DNA from: Candidatus Latescibacterota bacterium
Lineage (GTDB): Bacteria; Latescibacterota; UBA2968; UBA8231
Assembly (NCBI GenBank): GCA_965217585.1
Contig: OZ244561.1
Span: 5,920,001 to 5,984,000 of the forward strand
Direction of reading: 5' to 3'
Length of the DNA stretch: 64,000 bases
Of this stretch, positions 19,788 to 30,731 are shown piece by piece. The position numbers and the translations under genes were made by a program. Positions within the stretch are counted from its first letter, which is position 1. Every line of letters starts with the position of its first letter. The notes under the pieces are model-generated. The model searched no databases. It worked only from the letters and a program-made list of their open reading frames with translations, and was not told the origin of the DNA.

Positions 19788-21037
19788 GTCTCTATCGCAT
19801 CGTGCTTGACGATCGCTTCATCCGCCCCCGCTATAACGGCCACTGTTTTGCCGATCTGCCGGCCACCATCAAATGGGTCCTGACGGGCCAAGGATCGCCT
19901 AGCCTCGACCCGGCGCTACTGACGGATGTAGGCCCTTGCGACACCGTGGTGCTCTTTTTTATCGACTCCTTTGGCTGGCGCTTTTTCGAGCGCTGCGAGG
20001 ACCGCTATCCCTTCCTAAGCGATATTGGCCGCGAGGGATCGGTGGCCCGCCTCACCGCGCAGTTTCCGTCCACTACCGCTGCCCACGTCACCTGCATCCA
20101 CACGGGTCAGCCGGTCGGGCGCAGCGGCGTGTTTGAATGGCAGTACTACGAGCCGAGCCTCGACGCCATTATCACCCCGCTGCCTTTTGCCCTAGCCGAC
20201 AGCGACCAGCCCGATTCGCTGCCTCGGGAAGCGGCTCGGACCGTCTTCCCCCAAGGCACGCTGTACCAAGAGTTGGGGCAGTTAGGGGTCGAAAGTTGCG
20301 TTTTTCAAAGCCGCGCCTTTACTCCCTCGACCTGCTCTGACACATACTTGCAAGGCGCTCAAGTCTATCCCTGCTACACCTTTTCCGAGGCGCTGACCAA
20401 TCTGGCTACGCTACTGCAAAAACCGCGTTCAGGGCCGGCTTATTTCCTGTTCTACTTCGACCAGATCGACCTTATAGGCCACTGCTACGGTCCGGACTCG
20501 CCGCAGTTTCAAGTCGAAATCGACACCTTTCTGACCGCAGTTGATCGGCTCTTTTGGCGTCCGCTGGCCGGCCGTTTACAGCGCACTTTATTCGCCCTCA
20601 TCGCCGATCATGGTCAGGCTCCGGTCAATCCGGAAACCACCGTGTATATCAATGACGAGACTCGTTTTCCCGGCTTGGTTCCCATGCTGCGCACTGACCA
20701 CCGCGGCCGCCCTCTAGTGCCAGCCGGCGCGTGCCGCGATTTCTTTCTCTACGTCGAGGACGATCGGCTCGACGAAGCCCACGCCCTGTTGGCCCGCCAA
20801 CTTGAAGGCTGTGCCCAAGTCTGCCGCACCGAGGATCTGATCGAAGCCGGCCTCTTCGGGCCACTGCCTCCGTCCTCGCGCTTCCTCGACCGAGTGGGCA
20901 ACTTGGTCATCCTGCCCTTTGCCGGCGAGTCGGTCTGGTGGTACGAAAAAGACAAATTCGAGATGAATAAGCACGGTGCCCACGGGGCCCTGACCCCGGC
21001 CGAAGTAGAAATCCCGCTGCTGCTGTTCTATTTTTGA
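19784..21037 (+). CDS. Alkaline phosphatase superfamily (nucleotide pyrophosphatase/phosphodiesterase)
   Basis: FIDSFG, FPSTTA, DLIGH, IADHG, HGALT. Confidence 0.88.
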   Translation: MSLYRIVLDDRFIRPRYNGHCFADLPATIKWVLTGQGSPSLDPALLTDVGPCDTVVLFFIDSFGWRFFERCEDRYPFLSDIGREGSVARLTAQFPSTTAAHVTCIHTGQPVGRSGVFEWQYYEPSLDAIITPLPFALADSDQPDSLPREAARTVFPQGTLYQELGQLGVESCVFQSRAFTPSTCSDTYLQGAQVYPCYTFSEALTNLATLLQKPRSGPAYFLFYFDQIDLIGHCYGPDSPQFQVEIDTFLTAVDRLFWRPLAGRLQRTLFALIADHGQAPVNPETTVYINDETRFPGLVPMLRTDHRGRPLVPAGACRDFFLYVEDDRLDEAHALLARQLEGCAQVCRTEDLIEAGLFGPLPPSSRFLDRVGNLVILPFAGESVWWYEKDKFEMNKHGAHGALTPAEVEIPLLLFYF

Positions 21038-22809
21038 CCCTTGGCCAGAAAAACCATTCGCCTGACCACCTCGTGAACTTCATCCGCCAGTTCTATCGCC
21101 TCGTCCGTCCCCAACGCACCCTCCTGGCCCTGACCATCGGCTGCGGATTCCTCTTTGTTGCCACCAACCTGCTGCCGCCCTTGGTCATCCGCCGCCTCAT
21201 CCAATGGCTCACCGAAGGGGGTGGCTCCTCAGCCGGTCTGCTGGAGCTATCCCTCTTGCTGCTGGGCACCTACCTGATCCGGGGCTTGGTGCGCTACGGC
21301 TATGGCCTGTACTCGCACATGGCCGCCTATCAAGTCATGCACCGGCTTATGACTCGGGTGTACCGCCATTTGCAACGGATGCCGCACCGCTTTTTCCACC
21401 AGCGCCGCACTGGCGAACTCATGGCCCGCTCCATCAACGACGTGGAGACTGTGGAGGACTTTATCGCCCACGGCATTCCCGAGACCTTCATCGCCTTGGT
21501 CATTCCCGGCGCCATGTTGACGGTGCTGTTCATCCTCGACGCTCGCCTCGCCCTCATCGCGCTGGTACCCATCCCCCTGACCGCCTTCCTCGTCTTTCGC
21601 TACGTCTCGCGGGTACGGGGCATGTGGGCCGGAGTGCGGGGCGGCTTGGGCGATTTGGTGGCCCAAGTGCAGGACTACCTCTCCGGCGTCTCCGTCATTA
21701 AATCGTTCGTCCAAGAAGAGCGCTGCGCCCGCAGCATCGAGGCCCGCAGTCAGACCTTCCGCGACCGCATGGTCGCCGCCAACAAGATCTCGATTATCCC
21801 CTCCGGCCTAATCGAAGGGGCCGGTGGGGTAGGGGTGGTGCTGGTGATCTGGGCGGGAGGCACTGATGCGCTCCAAGGCGGCATTTCCGTGGCCGACCTC
21901 TTTGTCTTCGTCGCCTATATGGCCCATATCTACGAGCCTTTTCTGCGCTTGGCCGCCATCAACGACGTGCTGCAGAAAGCGGCCTCCAGCACCGAGCGGA
22001 TCTTTGCCCTGCTGGCGCAAAAACCTACTATCGTTGACGCGCCCAACGCCGTGGCTCCAGCTCACTTGGACTGGTCCCTGCGCTTCGATCGCCTCACCTT
22101 TGGCTACGAGTCAGACCAGCCCGTGCTGCACGATATTGATTTTCAGATAGAAGCTGGACAGGTGGTGGCCTTGGTCGGCCCCACGGGTGCTGGCAAGAGC
22201 ACGATTGCCGCCCTAGTGCCGCGCTACTACGACCCGCAAAGGGGCCGAGTCGAACTGGGAGGGCGCGATGTGCGGAGCCTGCCCTTGGACTATCTGCGCG
22301 GCCACATCGCCTCCGTCCCCCAAGACGTCTTTCTCTTTCACGGCACCGTGCGCGACAACATCCTCTTTGGCCGACCCGAAGCCAGCCAGGCCGACATGGA
22401 GGAAGCAGCCCGGGCGGCCAATGCCGAGGAATTCATCTGCGATTTGCCCGAAGGCTACGACACTTTGATCGGCGAGCGCGGCGTGCGTCTGTCGGGCGGC
22501 CAAAAGCAGCGTCTATCCATTGCCCGCGCCTTGCTCAAAAACGCCCCGGTCCTGCTCCTCGACGAGGCCACTTCCTCGGTGGACACCGCAACCGAGGCCC
22601 TCATCCAAGAAGCCGTCCAGCGCCTCATCCACAACCGCACCACCCTGGTCATTGCCCATCGCCTATCCACGGTGCGCCGGGCCGATTTGATCTTGGTGCT
22701 GGACCGAGGCCGCATTGTCGAGCGCGGCACCCACCAAGCTCTGCTGACCCGAGATGGTTTCTACGCCCGCATGGTCCAGGCCCAGGAGCTAGCCGACGCG
22801 CTGGTTTAA
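21034..22809 (+). CDS. ABC exporter, fused permease/ATPase
   Basis: TM N-domain; GPTGAGKS, LSGGQKQR, LLLDEATS, IAHRLST. Confidence 0.94.
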   Translation: MTLGQKNHSPDHLVNFIRQFYRLVRPQRTLLALTIGCGFLFVATNLLPPLVIRRLIQWLTEGGGSSAGLLELSLLLLGTYLIRGLVRYGYGLYSHMAAYQVMHRLMTRVYRHLQRMPHRFFHQRRTGELMARSINDVETVEDFIAHGIPETFIALVIPGAMLTVLFILDARLALIALVPIPLTAFLVFRYVSRVRGMWAGVRGGLGDLVAQVQDYLSGVSVIKSFVQEERCARSIEARSQTFRDRMVAANKISIIPSGLIEGAGGVGVVLVIWAGGTDALQGGISVADLFVFVAYMAHIYEPFLRLAAINDVLQKAASSTERIFALLAQKPTIVDAPNAVAPAHLDWSLRFDRLTFGYESDQPVLHDIDFQIEAGQVVALVGPTGAGKSTIAALVPRYYDPQRGRVELGGRDVRSLPLDYLRGHIASVPQDVFLFHGTVRDNILFGRPEASQADMEEAARAANAEEFICDLPEGYDTLIGERGVRLSGGQKQRLSIARALLKNAPVLLLDEATSSVDTATEALIQEAVQRLIHNRTTLVIAHRLSTVRRADLILVLDRGRIVERGTHQALLTRDGFYARMVQAQELADALV

Positions 22810-22907
22810 AATTGGCTGCTCAAACTTCATTCGACGGATCTAGAGAAGACGAGGTGGTTCTACTGAGACGTTTTAGGCGGTGTGGTCGCTTGCGACTCCG
22901 ACGAGAA

Positions 22908-24161
22908 CTATCCCAAGTCTGCTTCACCACGATTGTCGCGCTGCCTAAAACAAAGCCAAAAAATCGCCGCGCCAGAGGCAGTTAAGCAACCTGCCATAAG
23001 GAATAGAGCGCGATATCCCACCGCTTCAATCATATAACCCCCACCTAGCGATACGCCGGCATAACCAAAGCCGGTCATGGTGGCCGCCGCCCCGGCCATC
23101 GCTGTCCGCCAGCGCCGTGGCATCATTTCCTGTTGGAAAACGGTAAAGGCCGGTCGGCGGATCCCCGCCAGGCACATCGTGCCCATAAGGCATAAACCAG
23201 CGATGCCCCAATGGGGAATTAAAGCGAGGGGGACCAATATCAGAGCCGAGCACAAAACTGCTCCATTGAACGTGCGGGTGCTACCAAAACGTCGCACTAG
23301 AAAGGGCATCATTAGGGCGGCGGGAATGGCGAGTAATTGTCCTGAAGCAGCTAGGGTACCAATGAGGGCGGTACTCGCATTTAATGCGTCATCTAGATAG
23401 ACATTTAAAAAAGTGCGAACTGCACCTTCACTGGCGGTATAAAGAAACGCAATAAAAGAGAGTAGCAGGATGAGCTTCAGCGGCAAGGGGGTGGCATCAG
23501 TTGGAGTGTCCTCATGGTGTTCGCGGGTCTCTTGACCCGTTGCCACAAGGGCAAACACGCCTGGGGTGAGTAGCAGGGAAGCAACGAGCAATGTATGCCG
23601 ATAGGGGGTGGGATGGTCGAGGGAAAGTTGTAAGAGGCCGGCAAAGCCGCCCGGTAGGAAACCCCCGACCAAACTGCCAGCGAAACCCGCCAGGGGAAAG
23701 AGCGCGGCTTGGAGCGAGAATACGTGGTGGCGCTGTGCGGCGCTGGAGACCGCCATTAGGTAAGGATAGCCGTTGACGATATACAGCGAGATGCCGAGTA
23801 AGCCGAGGGCGTTCGTGCTGAGAATGAAGCTTTGCCGGTGGATATCAGAGACGAACTCAGCTTGGGAAAGCAGCGCATGGCCGACGATGGCCAAACTAAG
23901 GCCGAGGATCATGGTGCGGCGATTGCCCCAACGGCTGCCGAGGAAACTGCTCGGTAGGCTGGATAGGGCAAAGGCTAGGCCGCCGACGGCGTTGACCTGG
24001 CCGACGAATGCGGGACCGTAGCCCAGCCGCAGCAGATATAAATTGAACAATAGCGAGTAAATGCCGCTGAATAGGCAAAATCCAACCAACCCAGAAGCAA
24101 ACAGATACAGGCGAATGTCGCGATTGAAATGGCGAATTGTGCGCAGATATTGGTCGGGCAT
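22908..24161 (-). CDS. MFS transporter
   Basis: About 12 hydrophobic helices; GSRWGNRR motif A-like. Confidence 0.88.
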   Translation of the reverse strand: MPDQYLRTIRHFNRDIRLYLFASGLVGFCLFSGIYSLLFNLYLLRLGYGPAFVGQVNAVGGLAFALSSLPSSFLGSRWGNRRTMILGLSLAIVGHALLSQAEFVSDIHRQSFILSTNALGLLGISLYIVNGYPYLMAVSSAAQRHHVFSLQAALFPLAGFAGSLVGGFLPGGFAGLLQLSLDHPTPYRHTLLVASLLLTPGVFALVATGQETREHHEDTPTDATPLPLKLILLLSFIAFLYTASEGAVRTFLNVYLDDALNASTALIGTLAASGQLLAIPAALMMPFLVRRFGSTRTFNGAVLCSALILVPLALIPHWGIAGLCLMGTMCLAGIRRPAFTVFQQEMMPRRWRTAMAGAAATMTGFGYAGVSLGGGYMIEAVGYRALFLMAGCLTASGAAIFWLCFRQRDNRGEADLG

Positions 24162-24202
24162 ACTGCGGGCTTATGGGTCGGGGGCGATGGGGCGAACTAG
24201 AT

Positions 24203-25744
24203 CTAGACTTTCTTCCTTTTTCTGTGCCGGTCCTTCTTTCCGTTCGGCGTCCTGCCTTTGGCGGTAAGCCTCTTTTTTGTCGTACCGGACTTAGGAGGAA
24301 AGGGAGCGGCTTTACCACGGCGGGGATACCCATTCGGTGATTTTGTTGCTGGCTGCGCCTTCTCGTGCTGGTCAGTACTCCGTTCTTGGTGCTCTCTAGG
24401 TCGCCGTCCCTGCTCCGCGTTCGCCGCAAGGAGTAGCGGTTCGTCGCCTTGGACCATCTTCGCCAGGGCTGAAGCCACATCCAGCGCCGTTGCATTGTGC
24501 TCCTGTTGATATTGCTCGATGATCGTGCGGAACAGGCCTAGGTCCTCAGTAGCAAGCACATTGGTAATCATCTGCTTAAAGCGGGCGATGCGCTGATCGT
24601 TGATTGCCGCGGTCGAAGGAAGCTGCAAAAGCGGGATCTTCTGTTGAGTGGACCGCTCTATGGCGTAGAGCAAGCGGCGCTCGCGTGGCGCGACAAAGAG
24701 AATCGCTTCGCCGGCACGTCCCGCTCGGCCGGTGCGTCCGATGCGGTGGATATAGGCTTCGACATCGGAAGGGATATCGAAGTTGATGACGTGGCTGATG
24801 CGGTTGATGTCCAAGCCGCGCGCGGCGACATCCGTGGCCACGAGGATATCGAGTCGGCCCTTCTTCAGTTGTGCTACTGTTTCTTCGCGTCGTTTTTGCG
24901 CCATATCGCCGCTCAGGGCCGCACAGGCGTAGCCGCGGGCTTCCAGTTTTTCGGCTAACTCAACCGTTGCCGTCCGCGTGCGGACAAAGATCAAGATACC
25001 GTCGAAAGGTTCAGCTTCCAAGATGCGGGTCAGCGCATCGAGCTTGTGGTCTTTGCCGCTGACCATCCAATGGCGCTGGCGGATCTTATCGGCAGCAGAG
25101 GTGCGCTCTTTAATGGCGATATGGGCTGGGTCGCGTAGGTATTGTTCGGCGATGCGGCGGATCGGCGCTGGCATCGTCGCGGAGAACAGGGCCGTCTGGT
25201 GGGTGTCCGGCGTTTGCTCCAAAATCCACTCGACATCTTCGATAAAGCCCATCCGCAGCATTTCGTCCGCCTCGTCTAGCACCAAGCAGCTAAGGCTGTC
25301 CAGACGCAGGGTCTTGCGGCGCATGTGGTCCATCACTCGGCCCGGCGTGCCGACCACTACATGTACGCCGCGCTTAAGCGAGCGCAATTGGCCGTCGTAG
25401 GCTTGGCCCCCATAGATGGGTAAGACGTGAAAACCCGGGATATGCGCGGCATAGCGCTGGAACGCCTCGGCGACTTGGATGGCCAACTCGCGAGTGGGGG
25501 TTAAAACCAGCGTTTGCACTTCCCGGTGCCTAAAGTCGATCCGCGAGAGCAATGGCAGGGCAAAGGCCGCGGTTTTACCCGTGCCGGTTTGCGCTTGGCC
25601 GACTACATCGCGTCCGGCCAGCACCAACGGGATGGTCTGTTCTTGGATCGGCGTTGGAATCTCGTAGCCGACTTCGGCCAGTGATTTGAGTACGGGCTCA
25701 GCTAGGGCAAGGTCTTGAAATTTCGTGCCGGATGCTGCGGACAT
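24203..25744 (-). CDS. deaD: DEAD-box RNA helicase DeaD/CsdA-like (no C-terminal DbpA domain)
   Basis: AQTGTGKT, PTRELA, DEAD, SAT, HRIGRTGRAG; DeaD-type dimerisation region then a basic tail. Confidence 0.9.
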   Translation of the reverse strand: MSAASGTKFQDLALAEPVLKSLAEVGYEIPTPIQEQTIPLVLAGRDVVGQAQTGTGKTAAFALPLLSRIDFRHREVQTLVLTPTRELAIQVAEAFQRYAAHIPGFHVLPIYGGQAYDGQLRSLKRGVHVVVGTPGRVMDHMRRKTLRLDSLSCLVLDEADEMLRMGFIEDVEWILEQTPDTHQTALFSATMPAPIRRIAEQYLRDPAHIAIKERTSAADKIRQRHWMVSGKDHKLDALTRILEAEPFDGILIFVRTRTATVELAEKLEARGYACAALSGDMAQKRREETVAQLKKGRLDILVATDVAARGLDINRISHVINFDIPSDVEAYIHRIGRTGRAGRAGEAILFVAPRERRLLYAIERSTQQKIPLLQLPSTAAINDQRIARFKQMITNVLATEDLGLFRTIIEQYQQEHNATALDVASALAKMVQGDEPLLLAANAEQGRRPREHQERSTDQHEKAQPATKSPNGYPRRGKAAPFPPKSGTTKKRLTAKGRTPNGKKDRHRKRKKV

Positions 25745-25748
25745 GAGT

Positions 25749-27617
25749 CTATTCTTCTTTCTTGGCGTTTTTTTCGGCGCGGTAGCGCAGGCTGTGTTGC
25801 AGCTCCCTCTTGCGTATGCGCAGGGCCTTGGGCGTCACTTCCAAGAGCTCGTCGTTGTCCAGGTATTCAATCGCCTCGTCAAGCGTCAGGATGCGCGCCG
25901 GTGAGAGTGAATCCAATAGGGCCTTGGGCGCAGCGCGGTGGCCGGTCAGGTGTTTGGTGCGGCAGACATTGACGACCAAGTCTTCGTTGCGGATAGTCTC
26001 GCCGACGACTTGACCGGCATAGACTTCCTCACCGGGACCAATGAAAAAAGTGCCGCGCTGCTGTAGATGCTCCAGCGCATAAACACTGGCGGTGCCGCGC
26101 TCGTGTGAGATAAGTGAGCCGTGTTCTTGCACGTCGATCTCCCCAGCCACCGGCTCGTAATCGTGGAAGAGCGTATTGAAGGTGCCCGTACCGCGCGTGG
26201 TAGTTAAGTAGGGCTGGCGAAACCCGAGCATCCCGCGGGTGGGAACGAAGAATTCGGCATAGACTACGCCGTCATCGCCGTGGCGGATGTCCTGTAGCCG
26301 CCCGCGCCTTTTGCCGAGTATTTCGCTAACGGGCCCCAAATACTCGGCAAGCACCTCGATAAAGACCCGCTCAACGGGTTCGAGGAGGCCGCGCGTACTC
26401 GGGCGCAAGATGACCTCGGGATTGCCCACCGCTAGCTCGTAGCCCTCGCGCCGCATTGTTTCGATCAGGATGGCTAGGTGCAACTCGCCGCGGCCAGACA
26501 CGACAAACTCGCCCGAACGCTCCAAGTCCTCCACGCGCAGCGCGACATTGCTCTCCAACTCGTCGAAGAGCCGTGTGCGGAGTTCGCGGCTGGTCACGAA
26601 GCGGCCCTCGCGCCCGGCGAAGGGGCTGTCGTTGACCTTGAAGAGCATGCGTACTGTCGGCTCTTCGACTTTGATCGGCGGCAGCGCCACGGGTCGGGCC
26701 GGGCAGGTCAGCGTATCGCCGATACCGACGGCGGGTACGCCGGAGACGGCGACGATATTGCCGGCGTGGACTTGTTCGACCGACTCGCGCTTGAGGTTGC
26801 GGAAGACGAAAACCTGTCCGACCGTGGCCGGCTGCATCTCGCCTTCATCGTTGATGTGGACAATTGCCTGACCGGCGGCCAGCGAACCGCTGCTCAAACG
26901 GCCGACGGCGATCTTGCCGACATAGGAGCTGTACTCCAAGGTCGTAACCAATAACTGCGGCGGACCGTCTATGGCGATCTGCGGCGGCGGGAGGTGGCCG
27001 ACGATCGCATCGAATAAGGGGACTAGATTTTCAGCTAGCCGATCGGGTGCAAGTCCGGCGCGACCTTCTAAGGCCCGGGTGTAAATCACGGGGAAGTCGG
27101 CCTGTTCGTCGTTGGCCCCGAGGTCGATAAAAAGATCAAAAGTGGCGTCGATCACTGCGTCGGGGCGGGCGGCGGGCCGGTCTATTTTGTTGACGACGAC
27201 GATGGCCTTGTGCCCGCGCTCCAGCGCTTGCTTGAGGACGAAGCGCGTCTGCGGCATCGGCCCCTCGACGGCGTCAATGAGCAACACCACGCCATCGACC
27301 ATATTCATAATGCGCTCGACTTCACCGCCGAAGTCAGTGTGGCCGGGGGTATCGACGATATTGATGGTCGTGCCGTCGTACATAATGCCCGTGTTCTTGG
27401 CCAAGATCGTGATGCCGCGCTCGCGCTCGAGATCGTTGGAGTCGAGGACGCGTTCGGCGACTTGTTGGTGCGCCTCGAAGACATTGCTCTGTTTGAGCAT
27501 ACCGTCGACTAGGGTGGTTTTACCATGGTCAACGTGGGCGATAATGGCCACATTGCGGATATCGGTGCGGGGTGCCGTTTGCACTGCGTCTTGCGTTGCG
27601 GGTTCGGGTTGGGTCAT
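25749..27617 (-). CDS. typA: Translational GTPase TypA/BipA
   Basis: [38 protein letters not shown]. Confidence 0.97.
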   Translation of the reverse strand: MTQPEPATQDAVQTAPRTDIRNVAIIAHVDHGKTTLVDGMLKQSNVFEAHQQVAERVLDSNDLERERGITILAKNTGIMYDGTTINIVDTPGHTDFGGEVERIMNMVDGVVLLIDAVEGPMPQTRFVLKQALERGHKAIVVVNKIDRPAARPDAVIDATFDLFIDLGANDEQADFPVIYTRALEGRAGLAPDRLAENLVPLFDAIVGHLPPPQIAIDGPPQLLVTTLEYSSYVGKIAVGRLSSGSLAAGQAIVHINDEGEMQPATVGQVFVFRNLKRESVEQVHAGNIVAVSGVPAVGIGDTLTCPARPVALPPIKVEEPTVRMLFKVNDSPFAGREGRFVTSRELRTRLFDELESNVALRVEDLERSGEFVVSGRGELHLAILIETMRREGYELAVGNPEVILRPSTRGLLEPVERVFIEVLAEYLGPVSEILGKRRGRLQDIRHGDDGVVYAEFFVPTRGMLGFRQPYLTTTRGTGTFNTLFHDYEPVAGEIDVQEHGSLISHERGTASVYALEHLQQRGTFFIGPGEEVYAGQVVGETIRNEDLVVNVCRTKHLTGHRAAPKALLDSLSPARILTLDEAIEYLDNDELLEVTPKALRIRKRELQHSLRYRAEKNAKKEE

Positions 27618-27640
27618 GGATCCTCTAGGATTGGGCCAAT

Positions 27641-27686
27641 AAAAGGAAAGGGGGCCGCGCTGTGGCTTTCTGCGCGGCCCCCTTTT
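27641..27686 (-). terminator. Strong terminator hairpin in the typA 5' leader
   Basis: 14-bp perfect arms AAAGGGGGCCGCGC / GCGCGGCCCCCTTT, 11-nt loop, T-rich tail on the minus strand ending about 25 nt before the typA ATG. Confidence 0.75.
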
Positions 27687-28024
27687 ATGGTCGCCGCACG
27701 AGCTAACTCTACGCGGCGTATTCGCTGAGCGTTTCGTCTAATCGATTTGGAAGCTGTCTAATTTTTTATAAGACAATGCCTTAGAGTAAATTAGGGTGCT
27801 TTTAAGTATTGGGCAAATAAATGGTCATCGCCGCCGCGCATCCGCCGCCGCAAACGCGTCCTCTCCCGGACCGCCGTAGCAGTATTTTGCTGACCAACGA
27901 ATGCTACCTCGATGCTCAGTCTCGCTGGTCTGCTGCAGTTTTTGCCGCATTGTAGCCGGCGGTGTATCTTCCTATTTATCTAGGTTAGAACGTGCAACTT
28001 TGCAACCTCCGCAGACAAAGTATA

Positions 28025-30718
28025 ATGCCCGGTAAGCACCGCCGCAGAGATCGAAAGCGGAAACGGCTAAAACAGAGGCGCGTACCTCCCAAGCATCTGT
28101 TGGAGCAGGCCCGGCAGAGTTTAACTGAGGGAGATGGACGCCAAGCCCTCGACCTGCTCAGGCAGGCCCAACACGGCGACTCCGCTCTGGAGGGACTGCC
28201 GCTGTTGCTCTTTTGTGCCTGCATTCAACGCGCCCGTCAGTTGGCGAAAAAGGGCTTGGCCAAAGAAGCCGTTGCCATGCGCACCTTGGCCGCTCAACAC
28301 CGGGCCTCCATTGCCTTCCAGACGCTGGCCGAAGAAGATTTGGTGCAGTACATCCGCCACTCAGATGGGGCCGAAGCCTTGGAGGATTACGCGGACTATT
28401 TGAAGGCCCAACCGTCGCCCATTCTCCAAGTCGAACGGGTGCTGGCGGACCTTCTCGTGATCCAAAGGTGCTGGAAGGGCCTCGAAGTCCTCGCGGCGGA
28501 CCACCCCCTCCGGCGAGACGCCGAGCAGGTCGAACAGAGTCTCGAAGCCATGGACGCCGGGGACTGGGAGCGGGCCGTCGGCCTGCTACAAGGAATCGGC
28601 CGGCGCTCCCCGTTTGCCGCTTGGCGTCTGTTTTGCAAGGCCATGGTGTGTTTCGGCACCGGCGATGACCAGGGGTTGCGCCGAATTCTCGAGCTGTTGC
28701 CGGCCGACTTTGCCATGACCCACACGGTCGCCGAATGGAGACGCCTCTGTACAGGCGAAGGAGTGGACGGGCTGGCCCAAGTGCAGCAGGCCCTAGGGAC
28801 GGCCGGCGCGGCCAGCATGGCCTTGGCCGACCAACTGCGCCGGGCGATCCACAAAGGGCGTCTGCGCGATATCGAACGACTTATCCCCCGCCTAGCCGTT
28901 GCCCTGTACCCCGAAGAGCCCCTCCAAGCTCAGATGGCCCTGCTGCAGATCGTTGGTCTAGCCGTTCCTCGGGACAAAGTATCCATCCAAGCCATCCCCG
29001 GACTGGCGCAACGTCTCCTGCCGATTGAGCGGGCGGCTAGTGCCACGGCCCAGATTGGCTTGTTAATCCAGCAGCTGTCTCCCGACAGGTGGGATCCCGG
29101 GCCGGCGGCTGTGTACCTCGACCTGCTATCGGTGGAGTTTCCCCAGGCGCCAGATCGGGCCGTGGCCCGAGGCCGCGTGCTGGAGGCCATGGCCCGGACC
29201 GGCCACAAGGTCGGTCTTCAGCCCCACTTCCTGCCGGCCGAAATGGTCGAGTCGCTCGCCGCCCTGCTGGACGAGCGGCTCGACGATCCCGGGATGGCAT
29301 TGGCCCAATTGATGACGGCTAGCCTCGCGGCCGATCCCGACAACCGCGAAGGCTATCGCTTTCTTCTCGATCTGCTGCGGGGCCACCCCGAGTACCAAGC
29401 CAAGTTCGAAAAGACCTTGCGCGATATGGCGGCCCGCTTCCCAGACGATCCAGACCCCCACCTAGAACTGGCGGCCCTCCACTATGCCAAAAATGCGTAC
29501 CGCCGAGCCGAAAAGTCGCTGGCTGAGGGCCGCCAGTGCGCTCCCCACGACGAGCGTCTCTTGGATATGCAGGCCATCGGCTTCCTCAAATCCGCCGATC
29601 AGAGCCGCAAGCGCGGACGGTTTGAGCTAGCGGCCCAAGATCTCCAGCGCGCTGAGGACTTAGAACGCCCGCGGCTGGCGTTCGTCTTGCGGGTGAAGCG
29701 GCTCCTGCTGGCGGTGGTATCCGCCGGCCGGGATGCCGCCGAGGTCGTCGCTCCCCACTTAGAGTGCCTGCCGCCCAGTGCCCGACTCAGAACTTTGGCC
29801 CTGCTGCTCCACGATTTGGCGGAAAACAGCCATATCAAGAACGTCAAGCCCGAGATGGGAAATGCCCTGAAGGCGTTGCTCAATCGCCAGGCAACGGTCT
29901 TGGAGCAACTCGGCCCCGACGCAGTGCTCGAGCTCATCGCCCCTTTGCCCGCTGACTTCCGCATCCTCTACGACCGCCTCCAGATCGCTCCGGTCCTCGC
30001 CGACTGGTGGACCGCACTCATGGAGCGCCTCGAAGGGGATCACCTGCTCGCCTTCTTCGATATCCTGCTGGCCGGCGACCAGCACGCTCCGGTGCGCGCC
30101 GAAATAAACCGCCGCCTGCGGGGCCGCAAAAAGGCCCAACGCGACCCGCTGCTCCTGTTCTACTTGGCGGTGATCCGCTACCAAGAGGGCCAAGACTACG
30201 ATTCGAGGCGCTTTGCCGAAGTCCTCGACGCGGCAGATGCCGCCGACCAGACGCGGCTGCGGGCGGCGGCGGTGCGGCTGGCCAGCTACGCGCACGGCCC
30301 CTTGCGGCAGGCCCTACAGCAGTTCCGCTTTGACGTGCTGGATTGGCCCGTGCCCCTGTTCGGGGGTGGGCTGCCGCTGCCCGCAGACCTCCTCGGCGGG
30401 GAAGGCGGGTCGTTAGAGGAGGCTTTAGAGATGCTGCTCGGCGACGAGGCCGAGCCCTTGGCGATACCGGAGCTGAGCGACGGCGATATAGCGGACGAAC
30501 TGAGCGAGCTGGAGGACTTCATCGACGAAAACAGCCTGCGCGGTGCCCCGCTGGCCGCATTGAAGGAATTTGCCGGCTCCCTCAAGTCTAGCCAGCAGAC
30601 GCGGCGAGATCTGGAACGGATCGGCCGCGAGTGCGAAGCGGCGGACCTGAGCGACGACCTCTCGCCCGAACTGTACTTTCTGCTCTTCGCCCGCAGAAAA
30701 AAGAAAAAACATCGTTGA
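28025..30718 (+). CDS. Large TPR-like alpha-helical protein, first gene of the chaperone operon
   Basis: About 897 aa, Ala/Leu-rich helical repeats (e.g. ARFPDDPDPHLELAALHYAKNAYRRAEKSL); basic N- and C-termini; start could be GTG 27992. Confidence 0.8.
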   Translation: MPGKHRRRDRKRKRLKQRRVPPKHLLEQARQSLTEGDGRQALDLLRQAQHGDSALEGLPLLLFCACIQRARQLAKKGLAKEAVAMRTLAAQHRASIAFQTLAEEDLVQYIRHSDGAEALEDYADYLKAQPSPILQVERVLADLLVIQRCWKGLEVLAADHPLRRDAEQVEQSLEAMDAGDWERAVGLLQGIGRRSPFAAWRLFCKAMVCFGTGDDQGLRRILELLPADFAMTHTVAEWRRLCTGEGVDGLAQVQQALGTAGAASMALADQLRRAIHKGRLRDIERLIPRLAVALYPEEPLQAQMALLQIVGLAVPRDKVSIQAIPGLAQRLLPIERAASATAQIGLLIQQLSPDRWDPGPAAVYLDLLSVEFPQAPDRAVARGRVLEAMARTGHKVGLQPHFLPAEMVESLAALLDERLDDPGMALAQLMTASLAADPDNREGYRFLLDLLRGHPEYQAKFEKTLRDMAARFPDDPDPHLELAALHYAKNAYRRAEKSLAEGRQCAPHDERLLDMQAIGFLKSADQSRKRGRFELAAQDLQRAEDLERPRLAFVLRVKRLLLAVVSAGRDAAEVVAPHLECLPPSARLRTLALLLHDLAENSHIKNVKPEMGNALKALLNRQATVLEQLGPDAVLELIAPLPADFRILYDRLQIAPVLADWWTALMERLEGDHLLAFFDILLAGDQHAPVRAEINRRLRGRKKAQRDPLLLFYLAVIRYQEGQDYDSRRFAEVLDAADAADQTRLRAAAVRLASYAHGPLRQALQQFRFDVLDWPVPLFGGGLPLPADLLGGEGGSLEEALEMLLGDEAEPLAIPELSDGDIADELSELEDFIDENSLRGAPLAALKEFAGSLKSSQQTRRDLERIGRECEAADLSDDLSPELYFLLFARRKKKKHR

Positions 30719-30731
30719 GAGGAGCAGCGAT

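Noticed and set aside
28025-30718. Basic termini of the TPR-like protein as eukaryotic nuclear localisation signals
   Set aside because: Lys/Arg-rich ends are common in bacterial proteins and no secretion signal or system is evident
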